Positions 51,101 to 60,660 of a DNA stretch of 64,000 nucleotides are shown here, one piece after another. Position 1 is the stretch's first letter; every line of letters begins with the position of its first letter. Position numbers and translations under genes: made by a program. Source of the DNA: a bacterium (GTDB lineage Bacteria; Zhuqueibacterota; QNDG01; JAFGCO01). The notes below the pieces were generated by a model, which ran no database searches, had not been told where the DNA came from, and worked only from the letters and a program-made list of their open reading frames with translations. The stretch lies in contig JAFGGN010000037.1 in NCBI GenBank assembly GCA_016930535.1, positions 66,529 through 130,528 on the forward strand. Direction: 5' to 3'.

Positions 51101-54100
51101 CGGACACATTGGGAACGCCGTTCTTGGCCGAATCGAAAACCTTGACCCGGTTCGACTGGGCCAGGTTCTTCCCAACCGTGCCTGAAACCATCTGGGGCGG
51201 CAGGATCGCGAGCGAATCGGCCGTGGATGCCTTGGCCGTGAACCGGTAATAAATGCCTTCCGGCGGATAAAGCACCGTCTGGCCGTTCGTGGCCCATACC
51301 TTGATGATATTGTTGTATTCGCCGGCCGTTTCACCGAGATAGTATTCAATACCGGCCAGGCCGTCTCCGAATGTGGATACCGTGGCGTGCGTGCTGTCCG
51401 GCGTCATGCCTTCAAAATGACCGCCGCCGGCCGTGATCTCGAAGTGCACCGGCTGTCCGACCACGGGCTGACCATCCTTGTCCACCATACGGACAACGAT
51501 CGCAGAGTTCAGTTTTTCCGTGACAATACCCTCCAGACTGTCCTGGCTCACTTTTTCGAGCCGTGACGCCGTGGATTTGGCGATCAGGGTGAATTTGATC
51601 GGCGATTTTCCCGACGGAAGGGCGTTCAGTTTGTAAAATCCGTCGTTTGCATGGGCCTCGACCAGATCCTTGTATTCCCCGTGTACGATGCCGGCCTGTA
51701 TGTTGGTTCCGGCCACGCCGTTGTAATTGGTGAGCACGGTGACACTGTCCAGATCGCCCGGAAACTTCCAGCCGTGGTCCCTGGGTGTTCTCGTTCTGAA
51801 TTTCACCGGATGCCCGGACACCGGGCGGTTGTACATATCCTGTATCTGCACTTTCATGCGTGATCCCAGTGTGTCGCTCAGGAGCGCGATGCCGTTGTTG
51901 CCCGCATACATTCGGATCTTGGTGGCCTTGTAATACACGGAATCCGTGAAAATGATCTGGGACTGTGTGCTGACGCGCGCCCGGATTTTCACAACGCTCG
52001 ATGTGGTGCCGTAAAACAGCGTGTCCGACACGGTGCCGTCCGCAGCCGTCATCTTGGGCTGCCGCAGCCCTGTATGCGCATCTCCCTGCGCCACTTCGAA
52101 ATTGACCGGTACGTTTGCCACGGCATCGCTCTTGTCATCCAGAATTTTCACCTTGACATGATTCGGCAGCACATCTTCTATGTAATGTTTTGCTTTGACC
52201 GGAGAAATCACCTGAATCGTCTTGATAAGCCCTGCGGTCACGCGCCCTATAAATTGATACAGACTTCCCGTATATCCGGAAAAAGTGGCATTGACGACGT
52301 TCAGTGAATCCATGATGCCGAGCACAAGCCTCGCTTTGGCCTTGCCGCTGGCGTCCGTATTGACCACCACGGTCTGGGCGCCGTTCGACAGGAACCTGCC
52401 GTCGCCCTGCACAACGCTCCAGGTCACGGGCACATCCGGCGTCACGTTGCCGTCCGGATCTGTCAATGTCACCTCGAAATCCTGGGCCAGTGTATCCCTG
52501 GCAATGCCGGACTGATCCATCGTGGCTCCCAGCGGCGTGATGGTTGTGGGTGCGGCCGCAAGCCCGAGAATGTTCCACTGAAAGATCTGGTCGCTTCCGA
52601 ATGCCCTGGCGCTGACCGTATTCACGCCCGCTTTGGAACCCAGCGTCACCTTGGGAGGCACGCTCGGGTAACCGTCCTCGTCCGTAAACAGGGTCCTTAC
52701 CGTATCCACACCCGCGGGCATATAACCCGAATTCTTGGTAATGAGCAGTTTGTCCAGCTTGACGCCGTTGTGTCCCTTGTATATGCGTATGGTGTGTTCG
52801 CCGACACCGAGCTGCCGGTGAAAAATCACCTGACTCTCACCCATGGTAATCGGGGCCCATTTAAAATCATACCCGTCTGACGAATAGGTGCTCGGACCCA
52901 GCAGCCGCCACATGTCGTTGTTGTCGAAATTGCTCGGGTAGGGTTCATCCAGATGGAACCACAGAATCTGCTGCCAGTAACTGGTGGCCACACCCCGGCC
53001 CCAGAAATAATAATCCCCGGATTCGGACACATAGAACTTGATTTCCACGTATCCGGTCTGGGCCGATCCGGAGGAGAATTCGATGTATTTTCCCCTGGAT
53101 GCCTTGTGATGCTCGAGTGCGGCGATAATGCAGCCCTTGGGTTCGATTTTACCCCACTCCGCCTCCGCGCGTATGGGATTGGTAATGGTCGGCGGGGAGG
53201 TCAGTGCGGCCCCGTTCTGACCTTCCGATATATAATAGTAAAGCGGCCATCCGGAAATGGGATTCTGGTTCCCGTCACGCACCTGTATCAGAAGCGGTTC
53301 GGCGATCTGTGTTTTTACGGTTCCCTGCGTCGTGCTCATGGCCACCTGCGTGATCAAACGGTCCGAAGAAATCTGGCTCACCGTGCCGAATGCAAATACG
53401 TTGTTGTTCCGGCCGGGAATGGCATACAATCCGCTGAGGAAGACACCCGCGTATTTATTGCCGCTTCCGGAATGCAGCTTGGTATTGTCATAGAGCGCAC
53501 GCTCGCCTGCGGTGACGCTGTTCACATACACATCGAACCGGTTGTAATTGCTGTTCTCCCAGTCGATCACGACTTTCAGTGTATCGTCCGCATCCGGATA
53601 TTTGGGATTGCCGAGATTGTCCTTGATCACATAGGGCACGGCATCGATGAGGGATCCCGTGCCGCCGTTGGACAGGGAATACAGGTAAATGGCTTTCTGC
53701 ACGGTACGGATAAATACCACATACCCGTCCGCATTGGGCTGATCCGAGTTCAGCATCACGGCCGCTCCCCCGTTCTCGATGGCGGCCGGAGCGCCGTAGG
53801 TCGCCTCGTTGCCCCATACCATGCTGACCGTGCTCGGGTTCTTCCGTCCCTTGTACACAGCGATGGAGCCGGGCCAGTTTTGCGTGCTGTTGATATTGGT
53901 CAGTTCGCCGATCATGCCGGGTCTGTTGTCGATGCCGTAATCGCCCGTGTTGAGGCTCCATTCGTTGAGATCCGCAAAATGATCCCATTCCTGTGCGGGA
54001 ATTTCCGTCCTGATGTCATCGGGCGTGGACCAGTAGCCGATATTGCCCCAGTCGTCGATGGCCCGGATCACGAAATAGTACCGCGTCCCGCTGTTGAGTC

Positions 54101-55811
54101 CGCGCACCTTGAAGGCTTCGCGCGTGCCTGCGGGCAGGGGCTGTCCCAGACCCGGCACCACTTCGGCCATATTGTAATCGCTGGGATTGGAAAACGGCGT
54201 GGTCGACATGCGCAGATCATAGCGGGAAGCCGTGCCGTTGGTACCGTCGTCGCCCGTGGCATCCCAGTACAGGGTCACGGAATTGTAATCCGCATCGATT
54301 GCTTCGAAATAGGTGATGGGAGCCGGTGCAATCGGATCCACGGATCCGGTCTGGGCCTGAAAATCCGTGATCATGGCCGCATGTCCGCTGGATGGTACAC
54401 CGGAGCCGCCCTTGAACAGCACACCGGCGTACATACGTGATCTCGGCGCCCACGATCCGTGATGGTTGTGATACACGGTCGTGATCTGGGTGCCGTTGAT
54501 AAAAATGTCGAACGAGTTCCGCTCCACATCCTCGCGGAAAATCACCTTGAAATTGTCGCCGGGCACATACTGCTGCGACACCGTGACCGAGGAGGTGGGC
54601 AGCGCCGAATTGCCGGACTGGCCGCTCACGACGCTGAACACGCGGAGCTGGCTTCCCGTGATCCAGACCAGATACCCGTCCGCCTGGCTGGGCACCGTGT
54701 CGTCCAGGGCGATGGCCATGCCTATCGTAGAAAATTTGGCTGGATCCGTATCCGCATGAAATGTCATGTTGATGGAATTGGCGTTCTCAGTCATGGGCCA
54801 GACCGCCAGATTGTTCCAGGGCGTTCCTGAAGGCGGATCCGGCGCATTGCAGTAAATCGTGCCGTCATAAGTCTGTCCCGTCATACCGGACAGCTGAATC
54901 GTGGTCGTCGTGCGCCAGCGGTTGTTGTTGTTGAGCCCGCCTGCCGCGCGGTCGAAATTGTCACTGGCGCCCTGATCGATATAAAAGTACACCTTTTCAA
55001 ATAAAATCTGGGAACCGAGTGCCGTGTAACCCGTTGTATTGGGGTGCGTGGGATCGACATCTGCCGAGATCAGTGAGTAATAGGTGCTCATGAACGTTTT
55101 AAAGCGCGTATACGTATCCACCCAGACCACGCGTTCGTTTCCGACATCGGACGACCAGGTGGGATGATCGTCATACATGGTTCTGAGCTGGGCATTGTAA
55201 CTCTCGATACGGGAATTGACCTCCGGAAAGGTGATGCCGCGCGAGGCATCTTCGGCCTTGGGAATGATATTGCAGAGGAAGATGTGCTGAATCGTATGGC
55301 CGCCCCGGTTGTAGTCGAGCAGGATCTGCAGGATGCGATACATGCGGTAGGTCACGGTTCCGGGAGTCTGCCAGTCCCCTATGGGTGCGGAAGTCACCAT
55401 GTCGTTGGTGCCCAGATGCACGATCACGAAGTCCGGTAGCGAATCCAGGGGCATGGCATTGAGCATGGCCTGCAAGTTCCAGGTACTGTCCGGCAGAAAA
55501 TGACCGATGCGGCGGCCGTCACGGAAATATCCTTCATAGGGCGGATCATGATGCTGGGCATCGTAATAGGGATTGCCCGGCCACGGTCCCACGAAATTGA
55601 TATCCGCATTGGCGCCCACCAGTGCATTGTAAAGATGATCCCTGTATCCGTGCGTACCGCTGACCGTCGGGTTTTCCCGTAACAGCTTTCCCCACGTAAT
55701 GGAATTACCGAGGGTCATGATTTTGGTGGTCTGCGCGTGCAATCCGGAGAAAACGAGCAGAAAAACGCATAGAAGCACAGGAATGCGATCGTTCAGGCGA
55801 AATGACTTCAT
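48135..55811 (-). CDS. giant (about 2559 aa) T9SS-secreted multidomain surface protein: SGNH hydrolase, FN3, lectin/CBM-like and tandem bacterial Ig-like (Big) domains
   Basis: Start set to ATG 55811 with an AGGAGGGG RBS; the ORF track extends to 55877. Signal peptide with predicted cleavage LHA|QTTK. SGNH blocks (LGNSITWGK, VIVHLGTNDM, DPTHPN). FN3 module (…YDLRMSTTP…GTRYYFVIRAIDDWGN). CBM-like module (AEAEWGKIEPKG…YIEF…). About 15 Big-type repeats (…VTWSVVQGDG…, …VNFEVAQGDA…, …VHFEITAGGG…). He_PIG-like and PKD-like modules. T9SS C-terminal domain (LYQNFPNPFNPVTTIRYEIP…GLYIYRL). Confidence 0.75.
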   Translation of the reverse strand: MKSFRLNDRIPVLLCVFLLVFSGLHAQTTKIMTLGNSITWGKLLRENPTVSGTHGYRDHLYNALVGANADINFVGPWPGNPYYDAQHHDPPYEGYFRDGRRIGHFLPDSTWNLQAMLNAMPLDSLPDFVIVHLGTNDMVTSAPIGDWQTPGTVTYRMYRILQILLDYNRGGHTIQHIFLCNIIPKAEDASRGITFPEVNSRIESYNAQLRTMYDDHPTWSSDVGNERVVWVDTYTRFKTFMSTYYSLISADVDPTHPNTTGYTALGSQILFEKVYFYIDQGASDNFDRAAGGLNNNNRWRTTTTIQLSGMTGQTYDGTIYCNAPDPPSGTPWNNLAVWPMTENANSINMTFHADTDPAKFSTIGMAIALDDTVPSQADGYLVWITGSQLRVFSVVSGQSGNSALPTSSVTVSQQYVPGDNFKVIFREDVERNSFDIFINGTQITTVYHNHHGSWAPRSRMYAGVLFKGGSGVPSSGHAAMITDFQAQTGSVDPIAPAPITYFEAIDADYNSVTLYWDATGDDGTNGTASRYDLRMSTTPFSNPSDYNMAEVVPGLGQPLPAGTREAFKVRGLNSGTRYYFVIRAIDDWGNIGYWSTPDDIRTEIPAQEWDHFADLNEWSLNTGDYGIDNRPGMIGELTNINSTQNWPGSIAVYKGRKNPSTVSMVWGNEATYGAPAAIENGGAAVMLNSDQPNADGYVVFIRTVQKAIYLYSLSNGGTGSLIDAVPYVIKDNLGNPKYPDADDTLKVVIDWENSNYNRFDVYVNSVTAGERALYDNTKLHSGSGNKYAGVFLSGLYAIPGRNNNVFAFGTVSQISSDRLITQVAMSTTQGTVKTQIAEPLLIQVRDGNQNPISGWPLYYYISEGQNGAALTSPPTITNPIRAEAEWGKIEPKGCIIAALEHHKASRGKYIEFSSGSAQTGYVEIKFYVSESGDYYFWGRGVATSYWQQILWFHLDEPYPSNFDNNDMWRLLGPSTYSSDGYDFKWAPITMGESQVIFHRQLGVGEHTIRIYKGHNGVKLDKLLITKNSGYMPAGVDTVRTLFTDEDGYPSVPPKVTLGSKAGVNTVSARAFGSDQIFQWNILGLAAAPTTITPLGATMDQSGIARDTLAQDFEVTLTDPDGNVTPDVPVTWSVVQGDGRFLSNGAQTVVVNTDASGKAKARLVLGIMDSLNVVNATFSGYTGSLYQFIGRVTAGLIKTIQVISPVKAKHYIEDVLPNHVKVKILDDKSDAVANVPVNFEVAQGDAHTGLRQPKMTAADGTVSDTLFYGTTSSVVKIRARVSTQSQIIFTDSVYYKATKIRMYAGNNGIALLSDTLGSRMKVQIQDMYNRPVSGHPVKFRTRTPRDHGWKFPGDLDSVTVLTNYNGVAGTNIQAGIVHGEYKDLVEAHANDGFYKLNALPSGKSPIKFTLIAKSTASRLEKVSQDSLEGIVTEKLNSAIVVRMVDKDGQPVVGQPVHFEITAGGGHFEGMTPDSTHATVSTFGDGLAGIEYYLGETAGEYNNIIKVWATNGQTVLYPPEGIYYRFTAKASTADSLAILPPQMVSGTVGKNLAQSNRVKVFDSAKNGVPNVSVTFSVLNGGGTLAGSTDTTVTVKTQSSEGIGSVLWKLGIKAGTNNNVLEARAYNGIHELKGSPVLFYGSGISDMVDPDTSSIETSGSLVASGVDTCWITVTLRDKYGNPVSGKEVNIKVTGGTNYYDSKIGPTDLNGQAVGHLISPHSGEKVIEATVAVDNITLSENGVVNFDPNNAARIQPIFGSGQIGNVGTISKDSLAVRVTDVLGNPVANKRVYFQLTSTRGGRLLRSDDLSDVNGIACTYIIYGEETGEYTVEAIANTQLGEPLDGSPCLFMNTAKIGKAVTMFMVSGNNQQGPAGQVLPEPMVLGVMDVDGQPVAGVAITYEVESGDGSIVSSTVTDEYGESSAYFRTGTESGATGWVKAYNLTLSGSPIRFSAKSTAGLASRLAKLSGDGQTGVVGQSLPNPMMVKVTDAHGNPVSGTKITFAVASGEASFQGNGSVSRTTDASGLASAMLDLGYETGAVTVEASGLYLENSPIIFNANITTVQPATLVPLTDLTRVVSTNNYLPGAIKVQVQDAYGNGVPDVSVYFTKDTGDGNVVDAVTKTVVGDQIIASDDHGMAQIQFRAGSSAGTARIRAVSGEFTLQFVIDIRQNASLPVLNKALISSLYTVNENDQINPLTVFLAADDADGNALHFMVEQVGAVSRPPTMLLITESALTARIRWVPGFDDAGEYTFIARVVDINGGYDEKEFDVEVVDSPQAPTISKRMPVSQDTSVHAGMEHRFWIEATDPDLDPLTYTWRLDNQPLGSNSSLLRWNIPTSLRDVHLVSVQVSDGTLNDNYIWRVEIIAPMKVELAEFYALFDAQTNAVELVWSSASELRNSGFHVYRSTKQDGPFEQITSDLIRSENAMNYRYTDGSVEPGLNYYYKLMDVDEQGRSGEHGPVMVQIPRPEAYVLYQNFPNPFNPVTTIRYEIPKRDQVKILIYNMRGQLVTTLVNAELDPGYYESEWDGRNAQGHDVSTGLYIYRLQSSRKVITKRMVKMK

Positions 55812-56234
55812 AATACCCCTCCTAAGGCATACCATACCACTTAAAGGACGATTCGTAACAGGCAAAAATAATGCCACGGAAGTCCTTAACCAAGACTTGA
55901 ATATCTTATTTAATTACATTAACTTATAAACAAACAGCATTCAATGCGGTCCAGAGGATGAGACCCGGACTAAACAATAACGATGCAAGTGGTCGTTTTT
56001 CATCCAATGGCCGCCGTGGGCCCGGATCCGTGAATCCGGCGTGAAATGGCAGGTTAAATATAAGTAACCCCGAGGAATAAAGCAATGAAAAAGTGTATCA
56101 ATATGAGACACTTTTTCCGGGTGATCGATCCGCCGTCAGATGCGTCTGTGTCGCTTCATTAGGATGTGCCGCTCAAAAAAATATCGAATGTCCGCCTCAG
56201 GAATATTTGAAGATCAGCCACGAAACCCGTCCGT

Positions 56235-58226
56235 TCAATGCATGAGAACCACTTTCCGTTCCGAACATCTCCCGCCTGCTTCGAGCCGCATCACATAGAC
56301 GCCCGAAGCCAGGGCGCGGCCGGTTTCATCACGCCCGTCCCAGAACAGGCGATGGATGCCGGGCGGCTTTTCAATACGGGCCAGCCTGCGCACGCGCTGC
56401 CCCTTCAGGTTGATCACGTCCACAGAGACAGACCATGTCTCGCGGCCGGCAGGCAGCTGGTATGAAATCGCGGTCCGGTTCCCGAACGGATTGGGGGCCG
56501 GCGGGAACAGCCGCACCGTCGGTGCGGCTTCCGGGGGCTGTAACAGACCCGGTGTCAGCGTATCGGTCAGCAGCACCCAGTAGTCCGGATCAATCCGCAA
56601 TTCCCGCACAGAATCCGGCACGGTCCAGGACCATTGATGGGAATCGCCGGCAATCCACACCGTGGTATCCAGATCCCCGGAAACGCCCTGAAGACGGATG
56701 TCCACGGGCATGGTAAACAGGGGGGCTTCCTGTTCTACCTGCAATTGAACCGTCATCCGGTTGCCGGATGTTCTCCACTGGTTCCAGTCATACGTGAGCC
56801 GCATATACCCGGTTCTGTAAATCCATTGGTCGAAGAACCAGTCCAGCGCCATCCCGGATTCCTGTTCGCACACAGCCTGAAACTCGGCGATGGAAGCGTT
56901 TTGATACTTGTACATCTCATAATAGGCCGGCAGTATGTTCATGAACGCCTCTTCTCCGACCAGATGTCTCAGCATATGAAGCACCCAGGATCCCTTGATA
57001 TACGTGATCCCCCAGTTGAACAGGCTCTCCCGGGGCGGATCATAAATAGGAAAATCGAAGGATTCCGTCTGTTTTATGTACACGTTCTTGTTGCTCAGAA
57101 GCTGCTCCAGAAACCGGGCCCTTCCGTAAAAATTTTCCCTGAAAAGCAGTTCGGAGTAGGTCGCGAATCCCTCGTTCAGCCAGATTTCCGGCCAGTCGCT
57201 CAGCGTCACCGCATCGCCCCACCACATATGCGCCAGCTCATGCACGAAACCAGATTCGTACGAACGTGCCCCGTTAAACCACCGCTGCACCACCGTGGTC
57301 ATGGTCTGATGCTCCATGCCGCCGAACCATGCGCTGGTCACCGTGGCCGTTCCGTATTTTTCGAACGGATAGGGCCCGAACCGCTCCTCGTAAAACGACA
57401 TGGCCGCGGCCATGTTGGCCACATCAATTTTCGCCTTGTCCGAATCTTCGGGAAATATATAATACGGCATCTCGATGGAGCGCCCTTCCGCACCCGTATA
57501 CCAGTCGGACCAGGTCAGGTATTCATCGGACATCGTGATGCAGATGAGGTATGTGGCAACCGGATATGCCGTGGCCCAGTGAAAGGTCTCCCAGGCACCG
57601 TCCCCGGAAAGTGCCCGGCTCTTCAACAGTCCGATGGAGGCCACTTCCACGCCTGCCGGCACGGTGATGAACAAATCGGCCGTGGCCTTGTCCCACGGTA
57701 CGTCGTGGCCCGGAAACCAGCAGCGCGCCTCCTCGGGTTCGGCCATGGTATAGGCGCATCGTTCCTGGAGATAAAAACCTTCGTCCTCCGGCTCGCCATG
57801 ATAACCGATTTTCAGGGAAAAGGTGTCGTTTATTGAAATCGCGAGAGGAAGGGACAGGGACAGCGTTTCCCAATGCTGTTTGTATGCCACGGGCAGTCCG
57901 CGGACATATATTGCATCGATGGTCAGTTCTCCCATCTGCAGATCCAGGTCCGACAGTCCGTCCATGGCCCTGCAGGTCAGTGTAACGGATCCGGAAAAAG
58001 CACTCGATTCCAAAGGAAAAGTCAGGTCGAACCCGTAATGAAGCACATCGAATGTGTCCGTGCTGTCGAACTGCATTTTGTACAGCGTCCGGTCCTTTCC
58101 CTGATACGGCGCCTTCTGGTACAGGGCCTTGTCCCGTTCAAATGGATTCGGTTGCCCCGACAGTCTGAATGACGCATTCATTCCGAACACAATAAAAAAA
58201 CACGCGATGGATGTAAATTGTCTCAT
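56235..58226 (-). CDS. T9SS-secreted M1-family zinc aminopeptidase
   Basis: 663 aa. Signal peptide. GAMEN-like motif region (FGGMEH). HEXXH-18-E zinc site (HELAHMWWGD…WLNEGFATY). C-terminal T9SS sorting domain (LFPPAPNPFGNRTAISYQLP…GVYVMRL). Confidence 0.8.
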   Translation of the reverse strand: MRQFTSIACFFIVFGMNASFRLSGQPNPFERDKALYQKAPYQGKDRTLYKMQFDSTDTFDVLHYGFDLTFPLESSAFSGSVTLTCRAMDGLSDLDLQMGELTIDAIYVRGLPVAYKQHWETLSLSLPLAISINDTFSLKIGYHGEPEDEGFYLQERCAYTMAEPEEARCWFPGHDVPWDKATADLFITVPAGVEVASIGLLKSRALSGDGAWETFHWATAYPVATYLICITMSDEYLTWSDWYTGAEGRSIEMPYYIFPEDSDKAKIDVANMAAAMSFYEERFGPYPFEKYGTATVTSAWFGGMEHQTMTTVVQRWFNGARSYESGFVHELAHMWWGDAVTLSDWPEIWLNEGFATYSELLFRENFYGRARFLEQLLSNKNVYIKQTESFDFPIYDPPRESLFNWGITYIKGSWVLHMLRHLVGEEAFMNILPAYYEMYKYQNASIAEFQAVCEQESGMALDWFFDQWIYRTGYMRLTYDWNQWRTSGNRMTVQLQVEQEAPLFTMPVDIRLQGVSGDLDTTVWIAGDSHQWSWTVPDSVRELRIDPDYWVLLTDTLTPGLLQPPEAAPTVRLFPPAPNPFGNRTAISYQLPAGRETWSVSVDVINLKGQRVRRLARIEKPPGIHRLFWDGRDETGRALASGVYVMRLEAGGRCSERKVVLMH

Positions 58227-58229
58227 AAT

Positions 58230-60464
58230 CTACGCCCTTCGTTTTTTCCTTCTGCCCGGACCTCTCCGCGACCGGGATGCGGATGCGGTTCCGGATTCCC
58301 TGACGAGCACAAAATCGATCTGACGTGTCTCGCGGTGCACACGGGACACCTGGACCTTGACCGAATCCCCAAGCCTGAATATTTTATGCGTCCGCTCACC
58401 GCGCAGCTGCCATTGCCTCTCGTCGAAAAGATAGTAATCATCCTCGAGATCCCTGGCTGCAACCAGACCTTCCACCAGAAATTCGGGAATTTCGACAAAG
58501 AATCCGAATGATGTGACACCCGATACAATGCCTTCGAATTCCATGCCCAGATGACCGGCCATAAAATCAACCTGCTTGGCGCGGATGGATTCCCTCTCTG
58601 CTTCCTGGGCCGCGATTTCACGCTCCGTGGCATGGGCCGCGATCTGTGAAGGCGTGGGTATCAGTGAGAGCGGCTTCGGATCGGGCTTCGAATAGGATTT
58701 CAGCAGGCGGTGAACCACGAGGTCGGGATATCGCCGTATGGGTGAGGTGAAATGGGTGTAATCCTTGAAAGCCAGACCGAAATGGCCGGTGTTGGCCGTG
58801 GTGTAACTGGCCTTCATCATGGTTCTGACCGCCACTTCATCGATCACGGTTTTATGACGTGCATCCGTGATTCCATCGAGAAACTGCTGAAATTTTTTAG
58901 GCGTTATTTTTTTCCCTGGATCGAACAAATAACCGAACGCGCGCGCAAAACCGGCGAACTTGTCCAGTTTTTCCTGGGACGGCTTCTGATGCACACGGTA
59001 GATGAACGGCAGCTTCATGCCCGTGGCCTGTCTCAGCCTGCTGATATGCTCGGCCACGGTCCGGTTTGCGAGCAGCATGAAGGCCTCGATCAGCCGGTGG
59101 CTCGACAGCCTCGGACGGATGCCGAGTGCAACGGGTTTGCCCTGTTCATTCAGAATGACTCTGGGTTCCGGCGCATCGAAATCGATACTTCCATTTTTGC
59201 GCCATGCGGAGAGAAGCTTTATGCTCAGGGCCTGCATCTCCTTCAATGTCTGAACGAGGAAAGGATCCGTCTCCGAACCGGGGCGGTCCGCTCCCTGCGA
59301 TCCAGAACCGGATTCCGCCTCCGTTTCGATCATGTCCTGCGCCTGCGCATAGGTCAGCCTGAACCGGCTGTGGATCACGGACTCGCGGAACGTATAATCC
59401 ACCAGCTCCGCATCCGGAGTCATCTCCATCAGCACACTGAAAGCCAGGCGGTCCTTTCCCGGTTTGAGGCTGCACAGGTCGTTGGACAGTCTCTCGGGAA
59501 GCATGGGAATCACACGGTCCACAAGATACACGCTCGTGCCCCTCGAAAACGCCTCCCGGTCCACGGCGGATCCGACCGGCACAAAATGACTGACATCCGC
59601 GATATGCACACCCAATTCGTAATCGCCGTTCCTGAGCCGGATCAGGGAAACCGCGTCGTCAAAATCCCTGGCATCCTCCGGATCGATGGTAAACACCAGC
59701 CTGTCCCTGTAATCCAGACGGCCTGTCAATGCATCGTCCGGGATGTGTTCGGGACCGGAGACAGCCTCCGATTCGACACTTTCCGGAAAACGGTCCCGCA
59801 AATCGAATCCCCGGACCACGGACAGCACATCCACGCCCGGATCATCAGGATATCCCAGGATTTCGAGAATGCGCCCTTCCGGCATACGGCCGGCATCGCC
59901 CCAATCCGTGATCTCCACAACCACTTTCTGGCCCGGAAGTGCGGTCAGACTGTCCGGTTTCGAAACATAAATATCGCGAGTGATTTTAAAATCGTCGGGA
60001 ATGACGTAATTGTACCGGTGGGATTCCATGAAAATGCCCACCAGGCATTCCCGCCTGCGGACGAGTATATCGTGCACCTTGCCTTCGGGCAATTTGCCGG
60101 TCTGATGCGCCCAAACCTGAACAAGTACCGTATCCCCGTGCATGGCGGAACCCATGTTCTTCTGGCTGACGAATATGTCCTCGCCGCCGTCTTCACGGAT
60201 GAGGAATCCGTACCCCTGCGCCTTGACATGCAGTTTTCCCCTCACAAGAACCGGTTTGACGAATTTGCCGTACTGATTTCCCTTGTGCCGGGATATCAGC
60301 CCCTCCTCCGCCAGTGTTTTCAGAAACTGACGGAACAGCCGGTAATCGCTGTTGGGAATCCTGAATTCTCGGGAAAGGGTTCGTGCCTTGAACGCTTTTC
60401 CTGGATTTTGATTGAAAAACTGAAGCAGCTTTTTCTGATAGCGCTGTTGCATGCGCTTCGACAT
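58230..60464 (-). CDS. rnr: ribonuclease R (RNB-family 3'-5' exoribonuclease)
   Basis: N-terminal HTH region, cold-shock/S1-like domains, RNB catalytic domain (FTIDPEDARDFDDAVS), C-terminal S1 domain and a lysine/arginine-rich tail. Start set to ATG 60464 (MSKRMQQRYQKKLL); the ORF track extends to TTG 60533. Only 3 nt separate the stop from the downstream M1 peptidase start. Confidence 0.85.
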   Translation of the reverse strand: MSKRMQQRYQKKLLQFFNQNPGKAFKARTLSREFRIPNSDYRLFRQFLKTLAEEGLISRHKGNQYGKFVKPVLVRGKLHVKAQGYGFLIREDGGEDIFVSQKNMGSAMHGDTVLVQVWAHQTGKLPEGKVHDILVRRRECLVGIFMESHRYNYVIPDDFKITRDIYVSKPDSLTALPGQKVVVEITDWGDAGRMPEGRILEILGYPDDPGVDVLSVVRGFDLRDRFPESVESEAVSGPEHIPDDALTGRLDYRDRLVFTIDPEDARDFDDAVSLIRLRNGDYELGVHIADVSHFVPVGSAVDREAFSRGTSVYLVDRVIPMLPERLSNDLCSLKPGKDRLAFSVLMEMTPDAELVDYTFRESVIHSRFRLTYAQAQDMIETEAESGSGSQGADRPGSETDPFLVQTLKEMQALSIKLLSAWRKNGSIDFDAPEPRVILNEQGKPVALGIRPRLSSHRLIEAFMLLANRTVAEHISRLRQATGMKLPFIYRVHQKPSQEKLDKFAGFARAFGYLFDPGKKITPKKFQQFLDGITDARHKTVIDEVAVRTMMKASYTTANTGHFGLAFKDYTHFTSPIRRYPDLVVHRLLKSYSKPDPKPLSLIPTPSQIAAHATEREIAAQEAERESIRAKQVDFMAGHLGMEFEGIVSGVTSFGFFVEIPEFLVEGLVAARDLEDDYYLFDERQWQLRGERTHKIFRLGDSVKVQVSRVHRETRQIDFVLVRESGTASASRSRRGPGRRKKRRA

Positions 60465-60617
60465 GACGAGCCATCCATTTGTCGGAAACTCCAAACCGGA
60501 ACGGGTTAAAAATGTCCCGAATCGCTCTTTCAATAGAAAACGGTCCGTTTGCGGACAGAGTTCCGTTCACGGTTTAAGATAAGCAATCCATGTGGGAATG
60601 TAAATGGAAATAAAACG

Positions 60618-60660
60618 GGGTCCATCGGGTCTTTAGGGTCTTTGGGTCCATAGGGTCGTT
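60618..60660. repeat. 9-nt tandem repeat x5 (consensus GGGTCTTTR; GACCC every 8-9 nt on the minus strand)
   Basis: gggtccatc gggtcttta gggtctttg ggtccata gggtcgttg. Located in the rnr upstream region. Confidence 0.55.

Noticed and set aside
52953-54440. Long antisense ORFs inside the giant gene and other large genes, for example 495 aa on the plus strand here, 580 aa at 42463-44205, 585 aa at 58752-60509 and 331 aa at 32587-33582
   Set aside because: They lie antisense to much longer ORFs that carry clear domain content. Their translations are Arg/Gly/Pro-rich with no motifs, which is typical of GC-driven shadow ORFs.
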